Positions 18,418 to 27,811 are shown, counted from the first letter of the stretch. The stretch is DNA of 64,000 nt from Nitrosopumilus sp. (GCA_965249555.1 OZ252243.1:1280001-1344000), one strand, 5' to 3'. Notes: generated by a model not told the origin, from the sequence alone. Program-made: numbers and translations.

Positions 18418-19140
18418 GTGCTGATTAAGAGGTTTAACAAAATTTTCATTATTACTGTGATGTCATTATTTGTTGTATCTTTATCAAGTTCGCAGGCATT
18501 AGGTTACGGTGGTCCTCCTGAACAGAGCAGTGCTAACAATTACACTGTAGAGATATACTCTGAAAATGAATCATATAATCTTGGAGACACAATAACATTT
18601 TCTGGTAGTGTCAACAAATATGATGAAGATAGAAATTTACGAATTTCGATTTTTGATTCTAGTAATAACTTTATTGTAACTCAAAAAACTTCAGTCAATA
18701 CTGATGGTACATTCTTACATAGCGTAATACTAAATGAGAAATTCTCTGATGGGAAATTTATAGTCAAAGCTCAATATGGAAGTTCAAAAGCAACAGTAGA
18801 AAAAATGTCATTTGTAATAAATCCTAATGGTGCTGCATCTATGGAACAAAAATTATCTACCGATGCAGAAATCCCTGATTGGATTAAGAGTAATGCTGGA
18901 TGGTGGGCAGATGGTAAGATTGATGACAATTCATTTGTACAAGGAATTCAGTTCTTGATAAAAGAAGGATTGATGAAAATACCTGCTACTGAACAAGGTT
19001 CAGTTTCACAAGATAACCAAATCCCTGATTGGATTAAGAGTAATGCTGGATGGTGGGCAGATGGTAAGATTGATGACAATTCATTTGTACAAGGAATTCA
19101 GTTCTTGATAAAAGAAGGATTGATGAAAATATCAAATTAA
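18418..19140 (+). CDS. secreted protein with two C-terminal IPxWIKxNAGWW domains
   Basis: signal peptide; duplicated IPDWIKSNAGWWADGKIDDNSFVQGIQFLIKEG, a domain typical of Nitrosopumilaceae surface proteins. Confidence 0.85.
   Translation: MLIKRFNKIFIITVMSLFVVSLSSSQALGYGGPPEQSSANNYTVEIYSENESYNLGDTITFSGSVNKYDEDRNLRISIFDSSNNFIVTQKTSVNTDGTFLHSVILNEKFSDGKFIVKAQYGSSKATVEKMSFVINPNGAASMEQKLSTDAEIPDWIKSNAGWWADGKIDDNSFVQGIQFLIKEGLMKIPATEQGSVSQDNQIPDWIKSNAGWWADGKIDDNSFVQGIQFLIKEGLMKISN
18869..19131 (+). repeat. 113-bp exact direct repeat (18869-18981 and 19019-19131)
   Basis: identical DNA at offset 150. Confidence 0.9.
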
Positions 19141-19217
19141 CATAAAATAATTTTAATTTAGTTACAAACCTATCTCAAAACTAGAACTTTTATTTTCAAA
19201 GAAATCTATACATTTGC

Positions 19218-19691
19218 ATGTCTGAATTTTCTCTTATTGCCACTGGTGGCACATTTGACATAATTCATAGGGGTCATCTAATTTTACTTTCAAATGCATT
19301 TACTATTTCTGATAAAGTAATCATTGGATTGACTAGTGATGAACTTGCTGAAAAAAAAGGAAAACTACCAATTAACAAATATGAAAAGCGACTCGAAAAT
19401 TTAACACAAGTTATTTCCAAAGAATTTCCAAACTCTTCATTTCAAATTAGTAAACTTGACAATGATTTTGGACCTGCCGTTTTAGAGAAAAAAGTGGAAG
19501 CATTGGTAGTTAGCGATGAAAAAAGTAATCAAGGTACAGTTCTAAACCAACTTCGAGCAGAAAAGAAATTATCTCCTGTGAAAATTATAACGGTTCCAAT
19601 GTCTCTGGCAAAAGACGGTAAAAGAATATCTACCACTCGAATCAAAAATTCTGAAATTGACGCAGAGGGAAACTTGTTATCAATTGACTAA
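19218..19691 (+). CDS. coaD: phosphopantetheine adenylyltransferase (archaeal type)
   Basis: GGTFDIIHRGH, IGLTSD, FGP, RISTTRI. Confidence 0.88.
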   Translation: MSEFSLIATGGTFDIIHRGHLILLSNAFTISDKVIIGLTSDELAEKKGKLPINKYEKRLENLTQVISKEFPNSSFQISKLDNDFGPAVLEKKVEALVVSDEKSNQGTVLNQLRAEKKLSPVKIITVPMSLAKDGKRISTTRIKNSEIDAEGNLLSID

Positions 19692-19746
19692 TAGCTTGTC
19701 TAACTTTGAGTAATTGGAATAAAACAAAATTCTAGAATCAAGCCTC

Positions 19747-20076
19747 ATGGGAATCATCAATCACATGATGAAAGTAATTGATACTGATGTCTCAAATCTG
19801 AAGCAGGGATTGCAACCTCAAAATCTCTCATTTTGGTATGAGAAAATTATCAAAGAAACAATTGAAATGGCACCTCCTTGGCTTCAAGATAAAATCAAAG
19901 TTCATCAAGATCCTGTACTTACAATGAAATTTAATTTGGATATTTCAAAACGTGCAGTCAGATACTTTATGATTGCAGTTGACAATAACTTGGATGCAAT
20001 GCCATACTCTACAAAGCTCTATTTTCTCAAAGTTCAAGAGATACTGTCAGTTGAAATGGATAAATCTCTAGTTTGA
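19747..20076 (+). CDS. hypothetical protein
   Basis: 109-aa ORF with normal codon usage. Confidence 0.75.
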   Translation: MGIINHMMKVIDTDVSNLKQGLQPQNLSFWYEKIIKETIEMAPPWLQDKIKVHQDPVLTMKFNLDISKRAVRYFMIAVDNNLDAMPYSTKLYFLKVQEILSVEMDKSLV

Positions 20077-20147
20077 TGAGATTTTTTATTCTAGGCACAA
20101 AACAAAGTCAAGGTATCTATAACCAGTAAGTTTGAAATTCTCCAGAT

Positions 20148-21131
20148 ATGGAACTTTACAAAAGGTATTCTGATAGGCAAAAGTCTGGAAGAAATCCTAG
20201 ACAAGATAATGAACCATCTCGATCTTTTAGAAATTCCAGAGATGATAGAGGTTCAAGATATTCCAGAGATGATAGGAGAGAATCTACAACTGTAACTTGT
20301 GCTGATTGCGGCACTGAATGTCAAGTTCCATTTGTTCCAAGAACTGACAAACCAGTATACTGTAGTGATTGTTTCAGACAAAACAAACCACAAGATTCTG
20401 GAAATGACAGATATTCCAGGGATGATAGAGGTTCAAGATATTCCAGAGATGATAGAGGTTCAAGATATTCCAGGGATGATAGAGGTTCAAGATATTCCAG
20501 AGATGATAGGAGAGAATCTACAACTGTAACTTGTGCTGATTGCGGCACTGAATGTCAAGTTCCATTTGTTCCAAGAACTGACAAACCAGTATACTGTAGT
20601 GATTGTTTCAGACAAAACAAACCACAAGATTCTGGAAATGACAGATATTCCAGGGATGATAGAGGTTCAAGATATTCCAGGGATGATAGAGGTTCAAGAT
20701 ATTCCAGGGATGATAGAGGTTCAAGATCTTCATCTAGACGAGAATCTCGTAGAGACAATTCTAGATCTAGCAAGCCGCGAAGTGATAAATTTTTGAGAAA
20801 ACAAGAGAGTTTCTTTGCAAATGGTTCAGACAAATTTTATGAAACTATCAAAGAAAAATTATATGAAATTTTAGGTGGAAAAATCTGTTCTAATTGTGGT
20901 TTCAAGGATGAAAGAGCATTAGGAATAAGTCCAATTTCTGGAAATGTCACTTCTGATAATTCTGGCCGTGGTGGCGATTCTGCCTCATGGGGAAAATATA
21001 TTTCAGCACCAGATCTTGCTAGAGAAGAATTAAAGGTATTTTGCTTAAATTGTAATCAAATTAGAGAACCTATTTCAAAACGAACAGAAGACAGATCAAA
21101 GTCAAAAAAGAGTAAATATTTTCCTAGATAA
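20148..21131 (+). CDS. CxxC-x17-CxxC zinc-finger protein with YSRDDRGSR repeats
   Basis: two CADCG..VPF.P..DKPVYCSDC domains, low-complexity R/D/S repeats, C-terminal CxxC..CxNC. Confidence 0.88.
   Translation: MELYKRYSDRQKSGRNPRQDNEPSRSFRNSRDDRGSRYSRDDRRESTTVTCADCGTECQVPFVPRTDKPVYCSDCFRQNKPQDSGNDRYSRDDRGSRYSRDDRGSRYSRDDRGSRYSRDDRRESTTVTCADCGTECQVPFVPRTDKPVYCSDCFRQNKPQDSGNDRYSRDDRGSRYSRDDRGSRYSRDDRGSRSSSRRESRRDNSRSSKPRSDKFLRKQESFFANGSDKFYETIKEKLYEILGGKICSNCGFKDERALGISPISGNVTSDNSGRGGDSASWGKYISAPDLAREELKVFCLNCNQIREPISKRTEDRSKSKKSKYFPR
20234..20727 (+). repeat. 234-bp internal duplication with nested 27-bp tandem repeats
   Basis: near-identical blocks at offset 234; 27-bp unit TATTCCAG(A/G)GATGATAGAGGTTCAAGA. 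Confidence 0.85.
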
Positions 21132-21193
21132 TCTTTAAAATCATCTTTGAGAATTCATTAACACTTTAATAATAATAATTTTGAAATCGAATC

Positions 21194-21277
21194 ATGGATG
21201 GCGACTCTAAAGCAATGGGCATTTCTCTAGTTGCTATGGTTGTAATAGTAGCAGTATATGCTGTGTTTACTCTATAA
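21194..21277 (+). CDS. 27-aa single-TM small protein (not in ORF track)
   Basis: MDGDSKAMGISLVAMVVIVAVYAVFTL; TTTAATA about 24 nt upstream; stops 2 nt before the convergent gene. Confidence 0.55.
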   Translation: MDGDSKAMGISLVAMVVIVAVYAVFTL

Positions 21278-21279
21278 AT

Positions 21280-21561
21280 TCACTCTTTCACAATTTCTAT
21301 GCTGTGTTCTAAAATTTTAGTGGAAACTAACTTGTGTTCTTTATCAATTACTGATTGAATAAAATCCGCAAATTTCTCAACATTTGCTTTGTCTTTTAGT
21401 ACAATACTGTGAGCAGATTTATCCTTCAATGAAATCACCAATTCATTTTCAATCACATTAAGAATTGCTGTGATGTAGGTTTCTTTACCATCCTTTATGA
21501 AAATTAAACTGGCAAGTTTCTTAGCCTCATATTCGTCATCACATACGATACTAATTTTCAT
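21280..21561 (-). CDS. hypothetical protein
   Basis: 93 aa, ATGA overlap with trpS. Confidence 0.75.
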   Translation of the reverse strand: MKISIVCDDEYEAKKLASLIFIKDGKETYITAILNVIENELVISLKDKSAHSIVLKDKANVEKFADFIQSVIDKEHKLVSTKILEHSIEIVKE

Positions 21562-22670
21562 TTATTCTCAAAAAGAAATTGCTCTATCTTGTCTTTTGCC
21601 TTTTCTCTTTTTTCTTGATGAATTGCAAGAAAATCGTTAATTTTTTCAATTAAAATTGCTTTTAGTTCTCCTGTAAGTAATTTTCCAGATTTGTAATCTT
21701 CATAGATTGTCTTTAACTTGTTGTCATCTGGTTCAAAAAATATTCTGAGATATTGATATGATACATCGATATCTGGATTTCCTCCAAGCTTTCTATGTTG
21801 TTCAATATCTGGTTGTCCTCCTGAAAATGCATATTTGTTAATTTTCTTTTTTACTATATTTGGTGCATCAGTTGTGTATATTGTTCCATTCTCATCAGAT
21901 GCTGACATTTTTCCGCCAGGTCCTTCCAATCCTGGAATCATTATGTTGTGAATTAATGCAGGTTTTGGTTTTCCAATCTTTGGTGCAATGTCTCTTGTTA
22001 ATCTAAAGTGAGGATCTTGGTCTACTCCTAACGGAATTAAAACTGGTTTGTCTTCAATAAAACATGGTGCAGATTGTAATGATGTATAAAAAATCATACC
22101 AATATTCGTTTCATTTGTAAATCCAAATATTGCTTTTGTATTTGAAAAGTTAATTTTCTTTGCTACTTGGGCTGCAATTGGATAAAGCGTTTGAATATTT
22201 CTTGTGTTGATAATAATTTTTGTTTTTTCTGGTTTGAAACCTAATGCAATAAAGTCTAATGCATTCTCATATGCAAATTTTCCAGTTTCTTCTAATGTTA
22301 GATTTGGTTTTGAATAAAACTTTTCATCATCTGTTAATTGAAAATACATGTTAACATCAAACTTTTCTTGTAACCATTTTGCAAAAACCCAGGGCACTAG
22401 ATGTCCAATATGAGTATGACTAGAAGGACCTCTCCCAGTATATAGAAAGAATTTGTTACCTTTTTTATAATCATCAAGAATTCGGTTCATTTCCCTATGA
22501 GAGAAGAAAATACCCCTTCTAAGCATGAAATGGTCTTCACCAGTAATTTTCTTGATTCTATCTTGTAGTTCTGAAGAAATCTTCTCAGTACCAAATCGTT
22601 TGATCAATTTATCATAATCAATATCCCCTTCAACATGCCAAGGAGTTACAATAAAGTCATCAGCTGACAT
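21558..22670 (-). CDS. trpS: tryptophanyl-tRNA synthetase
   Basis: YTGRGPS..HIGH, DQDPHF, KMSAS. Confidence 0.97.
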   Translation of the reverse strand: MSADDFIVTPWHVEGDIDYDKLIKRFGTEKISSELQDRIKKITGEDHFMLRRGIFFSHREMNRILDDYKKGNKFFLYTGRGPSSHTHIGHLVPWVFAKWLQEKFDVNMYFQLTDDEKFYSKPNLTLEETGKFAYENALDFIALGFKPEKTKIIINTRNIQTLYPIAAQVAKKINFSNTKAIFGFTNETNIGMIFYTSLQSAPCFIEDKPVLIPLGVDQDPHFRLTRDIAPKIGKPKPALIHNIMIPGLEGPGGKMSASDENGTIYTTDAPNIVKKKINKYAFSGGQPDIEQHRKLGGNPDIDVSYQYLRIFFEPDDNKLKTIYEDYKSGKLLTGELKAILIEKINDFLAIHQEKREKAKDKIEQFLFENK

Positions 22671-22720
22671 TCAATCTGACTTAGGTTAAGGTTTAAAAAG
22701 TCTTTTTCGAACTTTTACTG

Positions 22721-24109
22721 TTGTCACAAGTTTTTCATGAAATTGAAAAAAAAATTATCATCTCTCTAAAAGATAATCCAAGACAAACTCCTGAGACCCT
22801 TGAAAAATATACAAAACTTTCACCAGATCAGATCAGACGAGGAATTGAGTGGCTTAAACTAAAAGATCTGGCAATTGTCAATGAATCTAAAACAAGCATC
22901 ATTAGTTTAGGTAAGAATGGCATTGAATCTTTTCAAAAAGGACTCCCTGAGAGACGATTACTGGATTTGCTAAAGAGTGGTCCTAAAAAATTATCTGATC
23001 TACAAAAAGAACTTGGACCTATTTTTGGACCCGCAATAGGATTGTCTAGAAAAAATAATTGGGTCGAGGCATCCTCTGATCAAATTTTGCTTAAAAATTC
23101 TCCTTCAGAACTTCCTGGTGAAAAAACTCTCAAACAAATTGGAAACAACAAATTATCTAAAGATAAAACTGATAAAAATGATTTATCAGAACTTTTGAAA
23201 AGACCTGATTTTATAATTGAAGATGTAGTTAAGACCAAAGAAATTTCTTTAACTGATTCTGCAAAATCAATAAAACTTTCAGAGTCTTCTGGGGAAATAG
23301 ATGTAGAAGCAAAAGTACCTGAAGTTTTTGCTGCAAGAACTCATCCATTAAAAGACACTATTGATGAAATTCGTGAAATATTCGTTACATTGGGTTTCTC
23401 AGAAATCAATGGAACCATGTCTCAGTCAAGCTTTTGGAATTTTGATGCTCTATTTACTCCACAAGATCATCCTGCAAGAGAATTACAGGATACCTTTTAT
23501 CTAGATGGAATTTCTGCTAAAAAAATTGCAACACCAGAACAAATTAGAAAAGTTTCTGAATCCCACAAAAAGAATTGGAGATATCATTGGGATATCAATG
23601 AAGCAAGAAAAATGGTTCTAAGAACTCATACTACTTGTGTTACAATTAAACATCTAGCTGAAACCAAGCCTGATGAAGCAAGAGTTTTTTCATTAGGACG
23701 TGTATTTAGAAATGAAAAGGTTAGCTACAAACATCTTGTAGAATTTAATCAAATTGAAGGAGTTGTTGTAGGAAAAGATGCTAATCTGAGAAATTTAATG
23801 GGAATTCAAAGAGAATTCTACAAACGAATTGGAATTACAAAAATAAAATTCTGGCCAACATTTTTCCCATATACAGAACCATCACTACAAACTATGGTGT
23901 ATAATGAAAGATTAGGAAAATGGGTTGAACTATTTGGAATGGGAATTTTCAGACCAGAAGTAACTAAACCTCTTGGAATCACTAAACCTGTTTTGGCATG
24001 GGGAGGCGGTATTGAACGAATTGCAATGCTAAAGTATGGTCTTGATGATGTGAGAGAATTTTACAATAACAACTTGAGTTGGTTAAGGAGTGCTAGAAAA
24101 TGCCAGTAG
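22721..24109 (+). CDS. pheS: phenylalanyl-tRNA synthetase alpha subunit
   Basis: WNFDALF.PQDHPAR, LRTHTT, GRVFRNE, FPYTEPS, GIERIAM. Confidence 0.97.
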   Translation: MSQVFHEIEKKIIISLKDNPRQTPETLEKYTKLSPDQIRRGIEWLKLKDLAIVNESKTSIISLGKNGIESFQKGLPERRLLDLLKSGPKKLSDLQKELGPIFGPAIGLSRKNNWVEASSDQILLKNSPSELPGEKTLKQIGNNKLSKDKTDKNDLSELLKRPDFIIEDVVKTKEISLTDSAKSIKLSESSGEIDVEAKVPEVFAARTHPLKDTIDEIREIFVTLGFSEINGTMSQSSFWNFDALFTPQDHPARELQDTFYLDGISAKKIATPEQIRKVSESHKKNWRYHWDINEARKMVLRTHTTCVTIKHLAETKPDEARVFSLGRVFRNEKVSYKHLVEFNQIEGVVVGKDANLRNLMGIQREFYKRIGITKIKFWPTFFPYTEPSLQTMVYNERLGKWVELFGMGIFRPEVTKPLGITKPVLAWGGGIERIAMLKYGLDDVREFYNNNLSWLRSARKCQ

Positions 24110-25725
24110 TTGAATTATCATATACGCGCCTTCAAAAATTAGTTGGCAAAGTTACAAAAAAGCAAATTTCTGATTCATTACCATTTCTTGGATTAGATAT
24201 TGAATCAGAAAACAAAGACCTAATCCGAATTGAATACAGCCCAAACAGACCTGATTATTCAACTGATTTTGGAATTGCACTAGGATTGCAAGGATTACTT
24301 GGAATCAAAACTGGAGCAATTAAACTGAATGTCAAAAAATCAAACAAGTATAAAATTTCTGTAAAATCTAAAGTATCAAAAATTCGTCCTTTTGTAACTG
24401 GAATTGTTGCAACAAATGGAAAAATTGATGATAGAACAATTAAACAATTTATGACAATGCAAGAAGATCTTCATTTTGGAATAGGAAGAAAGAGAAAAAA
24501 ATCATCAATAGGTATCCATGACTTGGACACAATTTCATTTCCTTTAGTTTACACAACCACAAATAGAAGTCACAAATTCATTCCATTAACCTCTAAAAAA
24601 GAACTTTTAATTTCTGAGATTCTTAAAGATACTGATGTGGGAAAAGATTATGGTTCTATACTAGGGAATTCACCCAAAGTACCTCTAATTTTAGATGCAA
24701 ATCAAAAAACAGTTTCTTTTCCTCCAATAATTAACGCAGCAATAACTACTATTACAACTAAAACAAAAAATCTCTTTGTTGAGGTAACTGGAATCAATAA
24801 AGAAGATGCTGAAGATATGCTTTCAGTTGTCGCAACTATTTTACAAAGCGCAGGTTTTACTTTAGAATCAGTTCAAATATCTGGTGCAAAAAACTCTTCA
24901 CCAAAACTTGCACAAAAGAAAATATCTGTTAACGCTTCTTTGATCAATCAAACCCTTGGTTTGAATCTTAATGCTTCAAAGATTATTTCATCATTGAAAA
25001 AATCTAGACTAGATGCATCAACTAAAGGTAAAAATATCATTTGTATAATTCCTGCATATAGATTTGATATTTTCGGATCAATGGATTTGGTAGAAGAAGT
25101 TGCTTTAGGATATGGAATCCAAAATCTTGAACCTACCTTATCCCCTTCTCAAACACTTGGCCAAAAGCACCCCATCTCAATTAGTTTGCAATCAATTTCT
25201 TCTATGATGACTGGATTGGGCTATATGGAAGCTCTAAATTCCAGCTTAACTAGCAAACGAATTCTTTATGATAATACAAAAAGAGATTCATCAAAAATTG
25301 TCTCAGTTTTAGATTCCAAAAGTCTCGAACATACTATTCTTAGAGATTCGCTATTTCCTGGATTAATTGATAGTTTGGCAAAAAATATTCATGAATCGTA
25401 TCCTCAAAAATTATTTGAGATAGGAACTATTTTTAATAAAACAAGTTCTGTAACTGAAGAAACTCATCTTTGTGCAGCAAGCTCTCATAAAGATGCAAAC
25501 TTTAGCGAAATGAAATCTGTTTTACAATCTATTATTCAATCCATATTTGGAAAAACTTGCCAAACTAAAACTACCACTCATCCAACTTTTGAAAATGGGC
25601 ATGTTGCAAACATTACTGTTGACGGAAAAGTTATCGGAATTATTGGTGAAATTGGTAAATCTACTAAAGACAACTTTAAGCTTAGAGAACCGATAGTTTC
25701 CTTTGAAATAAAACTACCTGGTTAA
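24100..25725 (+). CDS. pheT: phenylalanyl-tRNA synthetase beta subunit
   Basis: NRPD, QEDLH..GRKRKK.SIGIHD, SFPPIIN, DLVEEVA.GYG. Confidence 0.96.
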   Translation: MPVVELSYTRLQKLVGKVTKKQISDSLPFLGLDIESENKDLIRIEYSPNRPDYSTDFGIALGLQGLLGIKTGAIKLNVKKSNKYKISVKSKVSKIRPFVTGIVATNGKIDDRTIKQFMTMQEDLHFGIGRKRKKSSIGIHDLDTISFPLVYTTTNRSHKFIPLTSKKELLISEILKDTDVGKDYGSILGNSPKVPLILDANQKTVSFPPIINAAITTITTKTKNLFVEVTGINKEDAEDMLSVVATILQSAGFTLESVQISGAKNSSPKLAQKKISVNASLINQTLGLNLNASKIISSLKKSRLDASTKGKNIICIIPAYRFDIFGSMDLVEEVALGYGIQNLEPTLSPSQTLGQKHPISISLQSISSMMTGLGYMEALNSSLTSKRILYDNTKRDSSKIVSVLDSKSLEHTILRDSLFPGLIDSLAKNIHESYPQKLFEIGTIFNKTSSVTEETHLCAASSHKDANFSEMKSVLQSIIQSIFGKTCQTKTTTHPTFENGHVANITVDGKVIGIIGEIGKSTKDNFKLREPIVSFEIKLPG

Positions 25726-25750
25726 TATTTGACCAAGTAGACCATTGTAT

Positions 25751-25919
25751 GCCCTAAGAGCAACCATGCAGACGGATTGGGATGATGTCGATCGTAATGA
25801 TACCAATGATTTCTAATTCACCCAGGCATGGCACATTAAGGGCGCCCCGGTTTCAGAACCCAAGGAGGTTTTGGCTAAAATACCAATGATCTTGTGCGAG
25901 TCAGAACCGGGGAACAATC
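25751..25919 (+). ncRNA. putative double-hairpin box H/ACA guide RNA
   Basis: two GC-rich hairpins, each with an internal loop, a K-turn-like GA/AAUGA motif and an ACA one nt after the lower stem (25833-25835, 25914-25916); TTAATAT about 22 nt upstream. Confidence 0.65.
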
Positions 25920-25975
25920 TCATTTTCAAGAATTAAAAAACAATAAAACATCTATCTGTAATACAAAAAATTGAA

Positions 25976-26395
25976 ATGGTGAATTATTGGTTAGCAAAAC
26001 AAGAACCTAGTGGACCACGAGGATATAATTTTGAACAACTAAAAAAAGAAAAAACAACTGTCTGGGATGGAATTCATAATAATCTTGCATTAAAGCACAT
26101 GAGAGAGATGAAACCTAGTGATCTTGTTTTGTTTTATCATACAGGTGATGAACGACAAGCTATGGGGATAATGCAAGTAACTTCAAAACCATATCCTAAT
26201 CCAAAAGAAGACAATGAACGTTTTATTGTTGTAGATGTCAAGTACAAAAAAACATTGAAACGTCCAGTAACACTTGATGAAATGAAAAAAGAAAAAAAAT
26301 TCAAAGATTGGGAACTTATCCGAATTTCAAGATTGTCTTTAATGCCTGTCCCAAAGCAAATTTGGGATGTAATTTTAAAGATTTCTCAAAACTGA
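25976..26395 (+). CDS. EVE domain protein
   Basis: NYWLAKQEP, WDGIHN, DLVLFYHTG, RLSLMPV. Confidence 0.92.
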   Translation: MVNYWLAKQEPSGPRGYNFEQLKKEKTTVWDGIHNNLALKHMREMKPSDLVLFYHTGDERQAMGIMQVTSKPYPNPKEDNERFIVVDVKYKKTLKRPVTLDEMKKEKKFKDWELIRISRLSLMPVPKQIWDVILKISQN

Positions 26396-26513
26396 ATATA
26401 ATTGGTTTATTGAAGTCATTAGTCAATTTAGAGAAGATCCATATCTAGCACACGACAACTTCACATAATCAGTAATATAAAATAAATAAATTATAGTATT
26501 TTCATGTTAATAC

Positions 26514-26732
26514 ATGGGATCAGATCATAATAGAAAATTTACTATTCTAATCCAAAATGAAGATGAAGGTGGATATAGTGGTCAATGCTTGGAAATACCT
26601 GGAGCGATAAGTCAGGGTGAATCATTAGATGAATTAAAGAAAAATATGAAAGAAGCAATCCAGTTATCTTTAGAATATTTAGAAAATAAAGCCAAAAAAG
26701 AGAATAAACAATTAATTGAGATTTTTACATAA
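26514..26732 (+). CDS. hicB: HicB-family antitoxin
   Basis: GGYSGQCLEIPGAISQGESLDELKKNMKEAI. Confidence 0.85.
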   Translation: MGSDHNRKFTILIQNEDEGGYSGQCLEIPGAISQGESLDELKKNMKEAIQLSLEYLENKAKKENKQLIEIFT

Positions 26733-26734
26733 TT

Positions 26735-26878
26735 TTGAGTCTTAGAAATCATAATTGGCGTGATGTTTACAAGATTCTAGTAAAAAGAGGATTTTATGTA
26801 GATAGACAACGTGGTGATCACATACAAATGGTTGATCTTGATGGTAGATTTGTTACGTTGGTAACCTTTACTGTGTAA
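26735..26878 (+). pseudogene. hicA: truncated HicA toxin
   Basis: MSLRNHNWRDVYKILVKRGFYVDRQRGDHIQM..FVT then an early stop; the GxH motif is present but the C-terminal VP.H..GTL..IL helix is missing. Confidence 0.7.
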
Positions 26879-26916
26879 ATCTAATTATGATTATTTTCAA
26901 ATTAGCATATTTACCC

Positions 26917-26944
26917 ATAAACCGATTAATTAAATTCGGTTTAT
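26917..26944. promoter_or_regulatory. inverted repeat over the promoter of the Lrp/AsnC-domain gene
   Basis: ATAAACCGA-N10-TCGGTTTAT ending 28 nt before ATG 26973. Confidence 0.45.
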
Positions 26945-26972
26945 TGATATAGTCGACTTATTTAATTAATCC

Positions 26973-27212
26973 ATGGCAACAGCTTATGTTTTAATAAACT
27001 GTGAACTAGGTTCAGAAGAAGCTATTATTCAGCAACTAAAGGGCTTAGAAGGTGTTAAGGAAGTTCATGGAACTTTTGGTGCATACGATATTTTGGCCAA
27101 GATTGAATCTGATACTGTGGAAAAACTTAGAGAAACCATTACTTGGAAGATCAGAAAAATTGAGAAGATTCGCTCAACTCTTACCCTAATGGGTATTGAA
27201 GGTCAAACATAA
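26973..27212 (+). CDS. stand-alone Lrp/AsnC ligand-binding (RAM) domain protein
   Basis: AYVLINCELG, VHGTFGAYDI, STLTL. Confidence 0.88.
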   Translation: MATAYVLINCELGSEEAIIQQLKGLEGVKEVHGTFGAYDILAKIESDTVEKLRETITWKIRKIEKIRSTLTLMGIEGQT

Positions 27213-27230
27213 ACACCCTTTTTTCTTATT

Positions 27231-27797
27231 ATGATTTTACATTTTATTTTCGTTATAAAAAAAGAAGATCGTGAAAAACGACAATTTGAATTTGAATATA
27301 TTAAAAAAATGAGCCAGTTTTACAAGGTATGGATTAAAGAGAAATTTGGAAAAGATTATGAAATTCAATGCGATGAATTGATTACACAACCTAGAAGTAT
27401 TTTTCAGAGACTTGATACACACACTCTTCTACGTGATCATGAACAAAGAGGAAACGACATTTACCATTTCTATCTGACTCATTTTAGACCATTCTGGACT
27501 GATTGTACATGTGAAGGATATCATGCTGAAAATTTTGGGATGGTGTTGTGGCAACCACTTAAAGAATCAAATGATACTTTATTTCTTGCAGAAAAAAATT
27601 GTACTACTGTATCTCATGAATTACTTCATGAGTTATTGCGAATTTCTAAACACAAAAAATTCATTGAAGAGGTTCATGATATTTGGACAAAGCATTTGTT
27701 TGAACAATTAGAATTTGAACAATACGGTGAAGATTTTCAAAAAACTGACGGTAAACCTATGTTTCTAACAATGGATACTTCACAACTGAATCTGTAA
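27231..27797 (+). CDS. hypothetical protein with HExxH motif
   Basis: SHELLHE; CTC motif. Confidence 0.78.
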   Translation: MILHFIFVIKKEDREKRQFEFEYIKKMSQFYKVWIKEKFGKDYEIQCDELITQPRSIFQRLDTHTLLRDHEQRGNDIYHFYLTHFRPFWTDCTCEGYHAENFGMVLWQPLKESNDTLFLAEKNCTTVSHELLHELLRISKHKKFIEEVHDIWTKHLFEQLEFEQYGEDFQKTDGKPMFLTMDTSQLNL

Positions 27798-27811
27798 AAT
27801 AATCTTTCAAG

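Noticed and set aside
20234-20727. 27-bp and 234-bp repeats as CRISPR or ncRNA; shadow ORFs 20299, 20321, 20533, 20555
   Set aside because: Coding repeats in multiples of 3; the alternative-frame ORFs are by-products of repetition
25751-25919. Riboswitch, RNase P, SRP, 5S rRNA or split tRNA
   Set aside because: No TPP, cobalamin or fluoride motifs, no RNase P P4 or SRP helix-8 signature, no T-loop; K-turn/ACA geometry fits better. A - strand reading also has one ACA but loses both K-turns
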